The notes below the pieces were generated by a model that was given only the letters and a program-made list of their open reading frames with translations, made no database searches and was not told the origin of the DNA. This document shows, one piece after another, positions 9,751 to 21,220 of a stretch of DNA of 64,000 nucleotides (position 1 is the stretch's first letter; every line of letters begins with the position of its first letter). Position numbers and translations under genes: made by a program. The stretch lies in assembly GCA_918797485.1 (NCBI GenBank), contig CAKKNE010000002.1, positions 5,580,001 through 5,644,000 on the forward strand, written 5' to 3'. The DNA comes from Pelagomonas calceolata (taxonomy: Eukaryota).

Positions 9751-10899
9751 ATGGCAGCGCTCGCAACAATGCAACCACTCAAACGCCCAAAAATAGCCGA
9801 GGACTCAACCTGCGTGACCCTCGCCTGCTCTCTCCTCGAGGACCTGAGCAGTGCGGATGCCGTGTCGAGGCGCTGGCGCGCTGCGTTGTCCGACGAGGCG
9901 CTCTGGCGACGGCACGTCATCGCGCGAGCGCAGCGACGATCACGCGACGACGACGACGTCGAGCCGTTGGTCCGCTGGCGCGGCAGCTGGCGCGCGACGG
10001 CGCTCGCGCGTGCGACGGCGCTCGCGTCAAGAGACGACTGCTGTGACGATGCCAGCGAAAGCGAGACCACGGACGATGACGCTGCGGCGATCGTCGGCGA
10101 CGCGTGCCAGCGACGCTGCGCCAAGGCCGCGCGGCCCGCACGCCTCGCCGCCGCCTTCGTGCCGCCACCAGACACGTGGGCCGTCGCCGCGCTGGCCAAA
10201 CGGCGGCCAAATCGGCGGCTCCGCTGCGTCGCGCAGGGCGAGCCCTCCGACGTGACGATGCTCGCTCAGGATTATGCGGCCTACGTGCGTCGGAACGCGG
10301 ATGCGGAGCCGTTGATGGTCATCGACGACCGCGTGCCGCAAGACGGGACGTGCACCGCCTACCCGGCGGTGGCGCCCATCGTCGCGGGAGACCATCTCGC
10401 CGAGCTGGCGCGCCGCGACGACGTCGAGCCCGCCGCCGCGGCCGACCTACAACGCGAGCGCAAGTACGTGCTCTGGGGCGGCGGGGGCGCCGGCAGCCGC
10501 TGGCACGTCGACCCCTACGGCACGGACGCCTGGAACGCGCTCCTGGCCGGCCGGAAGCGCTGGGCGTTCTATCCGCCCGGTGCGACGCCGCCGGGCGTTG
10601 ACATCGTCCCGCGCTTCGTGTCCGCGTCGCGGACGCTCTGGACGACGACGCCCGCGGCGGCGGACTGGTTCGCTCGGGAACATGGCGCCCAGATCGTGAC
10701 TCAGGAGGCGGGCGACGTTGTTTATATTCCTGCCGGCTGGTGGCACGCGACGCTCTGCGAGACTGCTTGCGTCGCGATCACGCAGAACGTGATCTTCGCG
10801 CACAACGCCCGCGCGGCCCACGCGCTGATGGCGCGGTCGAAGCCGTCCCTCGCCCGCGAGCTCGCGGCACTCGTCCGCCGGCGCCGCGCCGACGACTGA
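9751..10899 (+). CDS. JmjC-domain 2OG-Fe(II) oxygenase with F-box-like N-terminus
   Basis: GSRWHVDP (HxD), AWNALLAGRKRW and YIPAGWWHAT; VSRRWR..LSDEALW F-box-like segment. Confidence 0.88.
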   Translation: MAALATMQPLKRPKIAEDSTCVTLACSLLEDLSSADAVSRRWRAALSDEALWRRHVIARAQRRSRDDDDVEPLVRWRGSWRATALARATALASRDDCCDDASESETTDDDAAAIVGDACQRRCAKAARPARLAAAFVPPPDTWAVAALAKRRPNRRLRCVAQGEPSDVTMLAQDYAAYVRRNADAEPLMVIDDRVPQDGTCTAYPAVAPIVAGDHLAELARRDDVEPAAAADLQRERKYVLWGGGGAGSRWHVDPYGTDAWNALLAGRKRWAFYPPGATPPGVDIVPRFVSASRTLWTTTPAAADWFAREHGAQIVTQEAGDVVYIPAGWWHATLCETACVAITQNVIFAHNARAAHALMARSKPSLARELAALVRRRRADD

Positions 10900-11094
10900 G
10901 CGCGCCCCCTGTAATTTTTGTGACTTGTCTTCGCCACCGCCTCCACACCCCCCCTTGGTATGGTATCTCCTTGTTTTCCTCTCCTTCCCAAGCTCGGCCG
11001 CGGCGCGCATCGCTGCCGCAGGCTGCCCCGGGCATTCGCGAGGCCGCACGGCTGCCTGCGACGCCCGGCCGCCGCGGCGCAGCATCGCGCAGCA

Positions 11095-12852
11095 ATGGCG
11101 GACGCCACCTACGGCGCCTCCACACCAACAGAGACAGATGAGCGCACGACGCTGATCCAGAAGCGGCCGCGGAGGTTACGAAGGTCCGTCGCGGCCGCCA
11201 CGGCCGCGCTCGTCCTCTGCGGCACGGCTATCAAGGTGCGCCGCGGTGCAATAAGCGAGCTCGACGAGGTCGGCGAGCTGGGCGAGTATCCCACGACGAC
11301 CTGGGAGGCGGTGAATAACGATAGTGTAGAAAAGGTCTACGATCTGGAAGAACACGTCCTCGTGACCACAGAAGTGAACGAAGCCTACGTCTTCTACAAG
11401 GAGCTGCTGTTCGGGAGGCTCGGCAGAGCGACAGGGACCCTGGATCCGTCGCAAGGCGTCCGGGTCAAGTCGCATTCCTACGCGAATAGCGCCTGGAACT
11501 TGTTCCAGGTGCAGCTAGATGCGAAGCTCATCAAGGCCAATTCTATCGTTTGGTTCACGGTCGCCAACACGATGGACGCGCTCGTGGCCGGTGGGAGGAA
11601 GGCGGAATTGAATGCGATGGGCGTTCCCGACGAGGTGATCTACTGGGGCTGTAACTCGGGCGACGTCTGCGACGGCTCCGACGGTCAATTGCTCGTGCAG
11701 CGGTGCGTCTATACCTATGGTGACGATATCTTACTGCACAACACGTTGCTGAGGACTCTGTTGGCCTATGAACTGCCTCTGACCATCGTCTTGGCATCTG
11801 ATTTAGATTGCAAGACGCGACTCCCGGTTACCCACCACAAGATCGTCTACGCGGGCGACTCGTGCCAGGAGCTGGTGGAGGAGTACCGGTCGCGGGGCGG
11901 CGACGCCGCCTGGTTCCCGCAGGGCTACGAGGGCGTCGTCACCGACTCCGCCGTCGACGCGCTCGTGGAGAACGTCGAGGCGTCCCTCGAGGCCGAGAAG
12001 GACACGTTACTGAGCTATGCGGGCTCCGTCCTCTTCCGGAAGCCGAGCCGCGTGCGGTTGGGGGAGTGGGCCATTAGCGGAGGCATCGAGGAGATGGAGC
12101 AATTAGCGGCGAAGGCCTCGCTCAAATTAGACGTCGAGTCCTACGGCATGTACGGCATGGACCGGGTCCATCCGGAGGGGCCAGAAGTCACGTGGACGGC
12201 CGGTATCACTGATGAGGACTCGGATACCCTCCAGGGCCGGTCGTATTATGTCCTATCGCCGGCCGGCGACGTCTGGACGTCGGGCCGCATGATCGAGGCG
12301 CTCACCTTCGGCGCGATCCCCGTGGTTGACGAGACCTACAAGACGGATAATGGAGTCAGCGCCAAGGGCTGCAAGGACCCGGCATTGCGCTGGCGGCAGG
12401 TCGCCGCCGACACGTTTGTCTTTGTCGACGACTGGGCCAAGCTCCCCGAGACGCTGATACAGAACGACGCTCTAGATGTGGAGAAACGCGCCGCTCGGGT
12501 ATCACGGTTGCATGGCGTCCTCCGCCGAGTCGCCGACGACGCGCGCGAGGCGATTATCCGACCACCTTCGCACGAAAAGACGGTCTGTACGACCGTCGAC
12601 CTCTCCGACGACCAGCGCCAGCAGCTCGTCCAGCAGGCCTACGACTACTACACGCAGCCGGCGCTCGAGGGCGCACCGGCTGGCGGGATGCCCTGGTTCG
12701 ATGCGTTCGTGGACAACCCGGCGCTGCCGGGGAACGTGTGCGGGTCGAAGGACCTCGGGGCGTCGGAGGGCGCCTTGTGTTTCGACGAGGCGTGCGCATT
12801 GCCGACCGCCGCCTCCTTTTCGTGCAAGGCCGTCGACGAGCCCACTGTGTAA
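11095..12852 (+). CDS. Type II membrane glycosyltransferase, exostosin/GT47-like
   Basis: N-terminal anchor; YVLSPAGD..SGRMIEALTFGAIPVV. Confidence 0.65.
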   Translation: MADATYGASTPTETDERTTLIQKRPRRLRRSVAAATAALVLCGTAIKVRRGAISELDEVGELGEYPTTTWEAVNNDSVEKVYDLEEHVLVTTEVNEAYVFYKELLFGRLGRATGTLDPSQGVRVKSHSYANSAWNLFQVQLDAKLIKANSIVWFTVANTMDALVAGGRKAELNAMGVPDEVIYWGCNSGDVCDGSDGQLLVQRCVYTYGDDILLHNTLLRTLLAYELPLTIVLASDLDCKTRLPVTHHKIVYAGDSCQELVEEYRSRGGDAAWFPQGYEGVVTDSAVDALVENVEASLEAEKDTLLSYAGSVLFRKPSRVRLGEWAISGGIEEMEQLAAKASLKLDVESYGMYGMDRVHPEGPEVTWTAGITDEDSDTLQGRSYYVLSPAGDVWTSGRMIEALTFGAIPVVDETYKTDNGVSAKGCKDPALRWRQVAADTFVFVDDWAKLPETLIQNDALDVEKRAARVSRLHGVLRRVADDAREAIIRPPSHEKTVCTTVDLSDDQRQQLVQQAYDYYTQPALEGAPAGGMPWFDAFVDNPALPGNVCGSKDLGASEGALCFDEACALPTAASFSCKAVDEPTV

Positions 12853-12876
12853 TGTGTTGTCTATAACAAACAGGTA

Positions 12877-14190
12877 TTACGCCGGATAGTAGCCCCTCGA
12901 CAGCCGAGCACGTGACCGCCGCGGCCGCACGAAGGCGAGTCGAATCCGCCGCGCGAAGCCGACGAAGGACCGCACGATCGTGTCCGGCACCGCCGCGAGG
13001 GCAAAGGCCCACGACAGGAGCGTGAACGTCGCGAAGGCCGTCACAGGCGGTTGACTGGCCCGGGGATTCAATATCCAGGGCAGGCCCTCGCCGACGACGA
13101 AGGTCCGCCGCAGCGGGTGCTTGCGCGCGCCGTCGAGCATGCTCTTAAAGTTGACGCGCCACTCGCTCGTTTTCTGTTCCGTGTCCAGGACCACCGCGTT
13201 GCGCCGGGCGATGCGCTGCATCGCCGCGCGCGTCGCGTCCGACGACACGACGCTCACGACGACGGCGCCGTCGTCGTCCGGCGAGACCTTGGCGTCGACG
13301 ACGGCGAACGCCGCGCCCGACCTTGCGCTAGCATCAACAGCCACCGTGGACAGATACAACTTGCCGAGATCCTCGAGGATGGCGGCGGGGACGACCACGC
13401 CGCCCCGACGCATCTGGAAGGTCGGCCGTCCCGACAATTCCACCTCGGGGCTCCGCAGCGTCAGCGCGCCGTCCTCAGCTCTCAATAAAAATGAGGCCGA
13501 GAAGCCGACGTTGCTCTTCGTGGCACCGTCCAACCGCAGGCGGGGCGCCCCCGTCAGCCGGTCCTTGGTTATTGTGGTCTCAAAATCAATACCGGCGTCG
13601 GCCTCCTCGCCGACGACTTCTCTTAGTAACCGTGTCGCGATGCAATCGACGAGGTTGCGGAGCCAGATGCTTCCATCCACATCGGTACCTCGCAGCGTCA
13701 GCGTCGCGCGCACGGAGCCTCGGCGTCCACGAGTCAAAACACGTCTATGTAAGTTCGTCAGTTCCGCTTCCAAATTCCTTAGTCTCAACTTCGCGCCGCG
13801 CTCGTCCCGCTGGTAGCCGAGCCACTGCACGTCGTTCGCCTTGATGTTGATGACTTCCGCGCAGCTCTTCTTCACGCCAACCACATCGTCCTGCTCTTTG
13901 GCAGCTCCCGCGAAGCCGCAGCGTGCGGGCGCCGCCGACTCGATGGTGGGGTTTTCGTAGGCGAGGCGCCCGCGCGCGACCTGCTCGCGCAGCCAGCCGC
14001 GGGCGCAGAACTCCGTCACGCGGCTCCGCAGCGTCCTCCGCGTCGGGCGGCTCACGGGCCGCTCCCAAATGACCGGCAGCGCGGGCGCGTTTCCGAACTG
14101 CATTGCCGGATTGCCGAGGAAAGGTGCTTGGAGGGCGCCCGTGCTCGCGACGAGGGCCGCCAGGGCGCTGACGCGTCGTGGCGGAGCCAT
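12877..14190 (-). CDS. Hypothetical protein, probably plastid-targeted
   Basis: Signal peptide followed by TGALQAPF (ASAFAP-like); long ORF; C-terminal hydrophobic segment. Confidence 0.65.
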   Translation of the reverse strand: MAPPRRVSALAALVASTGALQAPFLGNPAMQFGNAPALPVIWERPVSRPTRRTLRSRVTEFCARGWLREQVARGRLAYENPTIESAAPARCGFAGAAKEQDDVVGVKKSCAEVINIKANDVQWLGYQRDERGAKLRLRNLEAELTNLHRRVLTRGRRGSVRATLTLRGTDVDGSIWLRNLVDCIATRLLREVVGEEADAGIDFETTITKDRLTGAPRLRLDGATKSNVGFSASFLLRAEDGALTLRSPEVELSGRPTFQMRRGGVVVPAAILEDLGKLYLSTVAVDASARSGAAFAVVDAKVSPDDDGAVVVSVVSSDATRAAMQRIARRNAVVLDTEQKTSEWRVNFKSMLDGARKHPLRRTFVVGEGLPWILNPRASQPPVTAFATFTLLSWAFALAAVPDTIVRSFVGFARRIRLAFVRPRRSRARLSRGYYPA

Positions 14191-14618
14191 AGCAGCCGTG
14201 ATTTTTGAAAGTGCTCTCTTTTGATGCCTCTGCGCTCGCAGACGCTCGGTTTTTTTTGCGACCACGGTTCAGGCGTTCGAGAGGGCTGGATGCCAGTGCT
14301 TGATCCTCGGGACCTTGCGTTGGTCGCGCGTATAGCTACTCAAGTTGGGCAGTCGTAATCCAGTCAGAGGTGGGGGGGGCGCGCGGCGGCGGCTCTATAC
14401 TACGCGTCGTTCCGAAGTAGAGAGCGCTGGTGTCTGGCTGGGACGAGATCCAGCGCGAATTCCCAGCAAGTTTTCTTGCCTCGCGTCCGTGCGTCGCGCC
14501 GCCCCCTTGGAATGTCTCGCACGGCGACCCAGCGGCGGAGGGACTATAGACCCCAAGACGCCATCGACGCGGAACAGAGAGACGTCCCTTTAGGCCGCCC
14601 CCAGGGACCCACCTAGCT

Positions 14619-15545
14619 CTAGGACCCGCGCGGCGTCGGCTTCCAGCCCTGGGCGTCGAGGTTCTTCTTCATGCGCGCGCAGCAGCGGTCCACGGCGACG
14701 TGGATCTCCGGGATCTCGAGGTCGGGCAGGGCGTTCACCAACTTCGAACAGTCGAGCTCGTTGTTCGAGCGCTTGGCCGCGAGGATCTTATCCTGCTCTT
14801 CTAAGGTAAAATTCGTCCAGGTGTAGTCCGGGTCGACGTGCTTCTTGTACAGCTCGAGGCACTCGTTGTGCGAGATGGCCCCCGGGTTGCAGAAGTTGTA
14901 GATGCCGCTGAGCTTGCGCTTGGAGAGAGCTAATGAGGCCGGGAGGAGGTCGTGCAAGACGGTCATGCTGTTCGGGATGTTCACGACCTTCTCATATTTG
15001 CTGATCTTCGTGATGAAGTTGCGCGGCGACAGGTCGTCCGAGATGGGCATGCGGACACGTAAGACCGTCAAGTGATCGAGGTAAGCCCGCAGCATCTCCT
15101 CGCAGAAGCCCTTGGTCAATGAGTAGTAGGATCCCGTGAAGTTGGCCCGGTCCTCCTCCGTGAAGGCCGTCGAGACGCCGCCGCCGAGCGGATGGGCGTC
15201 GTCGTATTCGAAGATGCACCCCGTGGCATAGAGCGTGCAGTGGAGCTGGCGCTGCCAGCACAAATCAGCTAAATTGAGACAGCCAATGATGTTCGTGCGG
15301 ATGACCGTCTGCTTGTTGAACTCGCACCAGTCGACGTTGGGCCGGCCGGTGACGCCGGCCGCGTTGAGGACTCTAGTCGGCTTGACGGCGTCGATCTCCG
15401 CGGCTACTGCTTCTCTGTTCTCCAATCTGGCGTCGCCGAGGACAACTTCGTCACCCGCGGCCTTGATGAGCTCAATCAACATGCCGCCGATCCAGCCGTT
15501 CTTGCCGTAGAGCAGGAACTTTTGCTTTTCTCCATTGGCCGCCAT
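14619..15545 (-). CDS. UER1: Bifunctional NDP-4-keto-6-deoxyglucose 3,5-epimerase/4-reductase (NRS/ER, rhamnose synthesis)
   Basis: KFLLYGKNGWIGG, NAAGVTGRPNVDWCE, ATGCIFEYD and RVRMPISDDL..RNFITKI. Confidence 0.92.
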   Translation of the reverse strand: MAANGEKQKFLLYGKNGWIGGMLIELIKAAGDEVVLGDARLENREAVAAEIDAVKPTRVLNAAGVTGRPNVDWCEFNKQTVIRTNIIGCLNLADLCWQRQLHCTLYATGCIFEYDDAHPLGGGVSTAFTEEDRANFTGSYYSLTKGFCEEMLRAYLDHLTVLRVRMPISDDLSPRNFITKISKYEKVVNIPNSMTVLHDLLPASLALSKRKLSGIYNFCNPGAISHNECLELYKKHVDPDYTWTNFTLEEQDKILAAKRSNNELDCSKLVNALPDLEIPEIHVAVDRCCARMKKNLDAQGWKPTPRGS

Positions 15546-15889
15546 GGTGTGTTGCCTGCGCGGTGTGTTGTCGGTCTTTTTCAATTCTAAAAGCCGCAGC
15601 GACCGGCGTAACCGCTGGGAGATGTTTTTTGATAATTTTTGAGTTTGGGGCGTCGGACGTCGTCGGTGCAGCAGCGAGCGGCTCGGCAGCTTACACGACG
15701 CGTCTGGACGCTGCTACACACGTTGGTTTGTGCAATGGATGCTCTAGACGCAGCGGTGAGCCCCGATTTGGTGGTCGGCGTCGATGCTGCCGCCGTGGTC
15801 GGGTTTCGCGGAAACTGCGGACCGTGTGCAAGGACTAGAACGAGACACAACTTAGAGCGCGAAAGACGTGCCGAACGAGGTGGGGGGGG

Positions 15890-16729
15890 TTAGAGGAGGA
15901 GGGCCGCCAACGCGCACGCCGCCGCGGCCCGCGCGAGTCGCCGTCCGAGCGCTCCGTCGGACTCAGCCGCCGGCGCGGCCGTCGCCGAGTCCTCGGGCAG
16001 CCCGAGGGGTTCGTCGGGCGTTACCGGTGATGACTCTTGCGCCGTCGGCGGCGGCGTCGCTTCGTCGTCGTACCAGTACGAAAAGTCGTAAGAATAGCTC
16101 TCGCACGCCTCGGGAAGCTCGCTGATCGAGTCGACTGTAATCACGTAAGGCGTGATGTCGTCGTCGGGCGTTGGAAACATGCACTGGCACTCGTCCATGC
16201 AGTAGCAGTTTCGTCCGTTTCCGTTCTCCCAGAAGTCGACCGCGACGAGCCGTTCGCCGTACGCGGCGTGGCAATTTGCCCAGCAGTCCTGTGGGGTCGT
16301 GGCCCAGATCTCTTTCTGGAGGCGCGCGTAGCACCAGCCGACGCCCGTCCCCCAGTGCCGCGGCGTCGGCGGCCGCGTCGTCGGCTGCGGCGCCGAGTCA
16401 AGTGCTACCGGTCTGGGCGTCGGCGGCGCGGTGGGCCGCGCAGACGGTTGCGGCGCGGCCCGTTCCTGACCTTCGAAGCCGCCCGTGGTGGTGAGCATCC
16501 ACTCTCTCAAAGCCGTGGCGTCTGCATAGAGCCCGGGTACGGCGGCGCAACCATTCCCGCGGCTCACGACGCCGACCTGGGCCCATGCGTCGCCGTCGCG
16601 CACCAGGAGCGGGCCGCCGCTGTCCCCGTAGCACGCGTCCTCCGCCGGCGGGTCGCCCGCGCAGATGTCGAAGCCAGGCAAATACGCCATGGCGCATTCC
16701 TCGGGGTCACGCACGGCGACCTGCTGCAA
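15890..16729 (-). pseudogene. 5'-truncated trypsin-like (S1) serine protease with Pro-rich linker and GPI-like tail
   Basis: [11 protein letters not shown] and [10 protein letters not shown] present; the His/Asp half is absent and there is no room for it before the neighbouring gene ends at 16948. Confidence 0.6.
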
Positions 16730-16947
16730 TTTTTCGATTTGCGTAACACGGTGCTACGGTTTCGCTTTTCCGAGGCGCGAGGGTGGGAGAACCCTGTAGG
16801 GTGTTCTCCGTCGCAATTTTATTGAACGGGCGTTGTGGTGGTGCACTTTTTTCAGTAACTAGACTCGGACTTCCTCGAAATGAAACCCGTTTTGCAACAG
16901 CCATAGAAAAACACAATTACGAGAGAGGGTACGACGCGAGGGCCGAC

Positions 16948-17298
16948 TCACTGCGAGGTGGTCGGCGGTCGCGTCATTTGCTGCCGCTCCTCGACGGGGA
17001 TCGGGCATTTCGCCGTGTCACCGGCCGCGCGCGACTTCTTCGGCCCGAACGATATGGAGTTCTCGAGCCAGACGTCGGACTCCTCCCACGCTCGCGGCCA
17101 CGGTTCGCTGTCCGGGAAGAACTTCCTTCGCCCCTCGATGACGGCCTTTCCCGCGAGCCAGAGCGGCGCGAGCGGCGCCAGGGGGCAGATCATCGTTGGC
17201 GCTGCGCTACCGCTGCGGTGGCGCGGCGCCGTCGGCAACGCGCCTCGGTGCGGGACGAGGGCGTGCGCGGTCGCTATCCACAGCAGGGTGAGCTTCAT
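16948..17298 (-). CDS. Small hypothetical protein with signal/plastid leader
   Basis: MKLTLLWIATAHAL leader; ~116 aa. Confidence 0.6.
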   Translation of the reverse strand: MKLTLLWIATAHALVPHRGALPTAPRHRSGSAAPTMICPLAPLAPLWLAGKAVIEGRRKFFPDSEPWPRAWEESDVWLENSISFGPKKSRAAGDTAKCPIPVEERQQMTRPPTTSQ

Positions 17299-17451
17299 GG
17301 CTTTTGTGTGGCGGGTCTTAGCTGTACTGACACGCGTCGTGGACGGCTGCACAGCACACTGATGGTCTGAGAGAGAGCTTAGAATTGTCCGGCAGCGTGT
17401 GATACGGGCTGGAGGATTGCTTTGGCTTTTTTGCACAAGCATGCCTGCTTG

Positions 17452-17474
17452 GCTAGTGTCTTACAGCCGCTAGC
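17452..17474 (+). promoter_or_regulatory. Bipartite CTAG-CTAG upstream element
   Basis: GCTAGTGTCTTACAGCCGCTAGC in a divergent intergenic region. Confidence 0.7.
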
Positions 17475-17775
17475 TCGCAAAACCAGAACGCGTCTCGGAC
17501 GTGTCCAAGGCCGTGAGCACGGCCCCGGACCCGTGCTGGAGCTTGGCCCAGTTGGGATCTCACAGCAAATGCTGGGCAGAGGCCGACTCATTCGCATTGG
17601 TGCCAGCAGGGCGAATAGCTGCTTGCGCATCGCTCTGTGACGTGTGCTGTTGCTGGCTGCTGCGCGCAGCACGGATTTTGCACGCACAAATTACATTTTG
17701 ACATTAAAAAGCTGCCACACTTTGTGCAGCACTGTGCTGCGGACGGAGAGGCCATCGCCGGACAGTCAATCCACC

Positions 17776-19343
17776 ATGCGTGTCTGGAAGGAACGCTTCG
17801 AGCTCCTCGACTCGACGATCGCCCCGACGCAGACGCCGATCGAATTAGTGGACCAGTACCACGACACGCCGCGCCTGCGCGAGTCGCGCTCGTTTGATGC
17901 TGATGAGCAGTACTGGTATATTTCCTTCGACGTCGTCATTTCCGTGCTCGTGTGCTGTGCAGCACTGCTGATCTTCTACGGGGTATACGTCTACACGCGG
18001 AAGCATTGCTGGCGGTGCCAGCGCGCCGTCGAGGGCTCGGAACAGCGGCAGTGCTGCCATACCGGTAAGGACGCGTCGCGGGCGCAACGCGTCGGATTGG
18101 TGGTGTGGCTCGTCATCGCTGTAGTAGTTTTCGCGGTGCTCACGGTCATAACGCAACAGAAGCTTGACAACACGCTCCACAATCTGCACGGCGGCGTGAA
18201 CGACCTCGGCGACGCCTTCGATGCCATCGACGCGCAGACGGCGTCGCTCGACGACATCGGCGCGCGGACCCTAGAAACGTCCCAGGAGATCTTCTGCGTC
18301 GATCTGTGTAGAAACCAAATCTCAGGCGCCTCACGCCATCGACGTGGCAACCTGACTCACTGGTTGATTTCCACACAGGCGTCGACGACTCCTTCGAAAA
18401 ACTCATCATGGACGCGGCCGAAGACTTCGCCGCCGCCGCGGCCGACGCCGCGGACATCGCCGCCGACGCGGCCGCGGACGCGAACAAGTTGGGCTCCCGA
18501 CTCAAGGGCCACGGCCGCTGGCTCGACCTCGCTTTACTGGTTTTGCTGGCGTTCGTGGTGCTCATCCTGCCGTGCGCTGCCTACGGAGGATTGACGAAGT
18601 CGCCGCGGCTCCTGGAACATTGGGCGGCGCGCTGGGCCTGCTTCGTCGTCGCGTGTTTGGCCGTCCTCTTGGCGTTCGAGTTTGGCGTCCTCGTGAAGGT
18701 GTCGGACTTTTGCGTGGCGCCCGACGCGAACTTCCGCGACCTCGTGGACCGGCGCATAGCCATATCTTCGGCCGACGCGGAGCTCGTCGATTACTACGTG
18801 AGCTGCGGCGGCGCGAATCCGCTGTTGGCGCCGCTGAACAATAGTCTCGCGGAGATCACGTTTCTGGATGACGCCGCGGCGCTGGCGCTCGCCACGGGAG
18901 CGTGTGCACCGGCACAGTCGCTCGAGGAGCTGCGCGTGCTCATGGTCGCGGCCGACGCGCAGCTCGATTCCGTGCAGACGGCCGCGGCCTGCGACGCCGT
19001 CACGCCGATCTATCAGGACTTAGTCCACGATACGCTGTGTCGCAAGTTCGTGCGGAGCCTGAACGCGATGGGCGTTTCCCACGCCGTCGTCGGCGTCGCC
19101 CTGTACGTCTTCCTCTACGCGGCCAACTACGTCTCGGAGACGATCCTGCTCGAAGCCGAACGGCGCGACATCAAGGCCCAGGTGGGGTCGAGGAACCTCG
19201 AGGACGATTTCAGGGCGTCGCGCGACGAAGAGCGAACGCGCGGCGAAGAAACCAAGGAGGACTTCTCCCGGCCGTCGCAGCACTACTTCTCAGGCTGGAG
19301 CGTCGGCGGGAGCGCGTGGACCGGGACCGACTCCGTAACGTAG
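17776..19343 (+). CDS. Five-TM membrane protein, Tweety/prominin-like; 2 exons (17776-18295, 18379-19343)
   Basis: TM pattern with SDFCVAPD, DYYVSC..NP and helical ectodomain; splicing gives EIFC-VDDSFEKLIMDAAEDF in frame. Confidence 0.7.
18296..18378 (+). mobile_element. Introner-like GC-AG intron (83 nt) with TIRs and 8-bp TSD
   Basis: TSD GCGTCGAT/GCGTCGAC; TIRs CTGTGTAGAAACCAA...TTGATTTCCACACAG; removal restores frame. Confidence 0.85.
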
Positions 19344-19387
19344 AGGTGGTGACTCTGTTTTTGTACGTGTACATGCGTAAGTGTAAG

Positions 19388-19702
19388 TCTAGAAATTCGT
19401 AGATCCGCCTCGATAGCGTTGATCATAGGCATCCATGGAAACCAACTGTTCACTCAAAACGGCCGAGAAACATACCCTCGCGCCTCGCGGAAGTTCCGCG
19501 GCGCAGCACTATCGCAGGAGGGCAGCACTATCCTTAGCAATAGAAGTAGTAGAACCTAGCGTATCGACATTCTAGCAAATCCAAAGATACGCCTCGATAG
19601 CGTCAAAAGGATGACCCAAATTCAGAACACATCCTAGTCGTTCGCCGAGACCAAATATTTCAGAGTAGCGGCCCGGGAACATACCCTCGCGCCTCCCGGA
19701 AG
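19388..19702. repeat. Degenerate ~185-210-bp tandem duplication
   Basis: CGCCTCGATAGCGT at 19406 and 19590; AACATACCCTCGCGCCTC at ~19469 and ~19678. Confidence 0.65.
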
Positions 19703-20042
19703 GCACCACCCGCGACATTCACGGATAAGGCTTACGGCTTGCCAAAGTACACCAACGATTGACGCCGCCCTCTACCGTCCAAATGTGACATTATATCAAC
19801 TCCAGCCCAGTTTTCATCCACACTCGACGGAACCGGAGCCGACGGCCCGCGCTCGGAGGGCGGGAAAATAATTATACTAGACAACTCTCGCGTTTATGTT
19901 CGTTTCCTTCCGTTTGTTAGTGGTAGAGTCCATCTAGCCCGAATCAGCGGCCACTGAGCTATTTTAGATATTCCATTAGAGCCTCGGGATTCGACGACTT
20001 CGGTACCTCGCGTTTATATATAAAATGGCTCGAAGCCTAAAG

Positions 20043-20407
20043 CTGCGAGTATCAGCGACGACACCACCCAGATGGACCATAACACCGTTGTTCTATTCAC
20101 AATCGACCGACTTGCCCGTTCTCCGCGGACGACGGTGCGTACGCGGGGCACTGAATTGGCCCCAGACCGGTGGTTTATATAATAAATTTGCGTTTCAGGC
20201 GCTTCGGTTACGGGAAGGGCCAGCTAACCGGCCTGACTGCCCACTACATTGCTCCGAGACCCCAAGATGCTCGGCGCGGGTCGTCGGTCTCGGGACCCCA
20301 AGATCTTGCTTTAAACGGGCGAGTTACTTGAACCTGCGACCATCAGCCCGTGTATCATCACCATGGACCATAACGCGATCATTTGTTTCATCATTGACCG
20401 ACTTGCG
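20043..20407. repeat. Degenerate direct repeat (~70-bp units, ~290 bp apart)
   Basis: CTGCGA..ATCAGC, ATGGACCATAAC and GACCGACTTGC recur in the same order at ~20043-20115 and ~20334-20407. Confidence 0.6.
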
Positions 20408-21039
20408 CGAGGTCCAGATGCAGATGTTCACGTCCCGAGCGTGGGCAGCCTAAAGTACCCTTCTCGCGGTGTAGATGTCATATACTTGTAATTGACTATC
20501 GGTGGGGTAGTATGGGGTCCGACGATACCGCTACGGCGACTACTGGGGGCCCTCGGGTAATTGGCGTTTTTGACGGGAACGGGCCGCCATCGGGCCCAAA
20601 TTACACACTTTTTTCGGGGGCAGATCGGCTCCCGGAGGCCTCTCGAGGTAGGTCTGGTAGTGGGTAGTCGCCTGTACCGCATACGCCGTCGATGCGGCAG
20701 TCTAATGCTCTCCGAGAGCCGTGAAAGCAAACCATGGCCAAAAGATGGCTAAACCGAGTGGTCTGCTGAGAGAAATCGGCCAAAAATGCTTGAAGTGGCG
20801 GCGTAAGCGGTGTAGCCGCTTGCACGTGTATAGTACCGACCCTAGGCGACCCCAGGGAGACCTGTTTAGCCGGGATCGACAGGATTCAACCGGCGCGGCC
20901 GCCATGCCATGGTGGGGCCGTCGGCCGCGAATTAAAAAAAATAATCTTTTTGCCCCCCAGTACGTGTCCCATTGATCTCTTTGGACCCTTAGCGAACGGA
21001 AAGACCCTCAAACAGCTGCATGTCGCGTTTGCTCTTGCA

Positions 21040-21063
21040 TGCTAGTGTCTTACATGCCGCTAG
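21040..21063 (+). promoter_or_regulatory. Bipartite CTAG-CTAG upstream element
   Basis: TGCTAGTGTCTTACATGCCGCTAG upstream of the ORF at 21335. Confidence 0.7.
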
Positions 21064-21220
21064 GCCCTGAAAACTCTCGGACTTGCCCAGCTCTCTGCGG
21101 GGTGTGCGCGTTAGGCGAAACGAGCGTATCGGAGCATCAGTGTACTCGCCTCTCGCGGTGGACTCGGGGCTCGTTGTCAACCGGTACCTGTGGGAGCTGC
21201 AAGACCAGTGTTTCTATAAA

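Noticed and set aside
16771..16784. 14-mer CGAGGCGCGAGGGT matching the reverse complement of the repeat at 19474
   Set aside because: Isolated GC-rich 14-mer matches are expected by chance in a window this size.
20025..20975. ORFs inside the low-GC island
   Set aside because: No recognisable motifs and no host-like codon usage.
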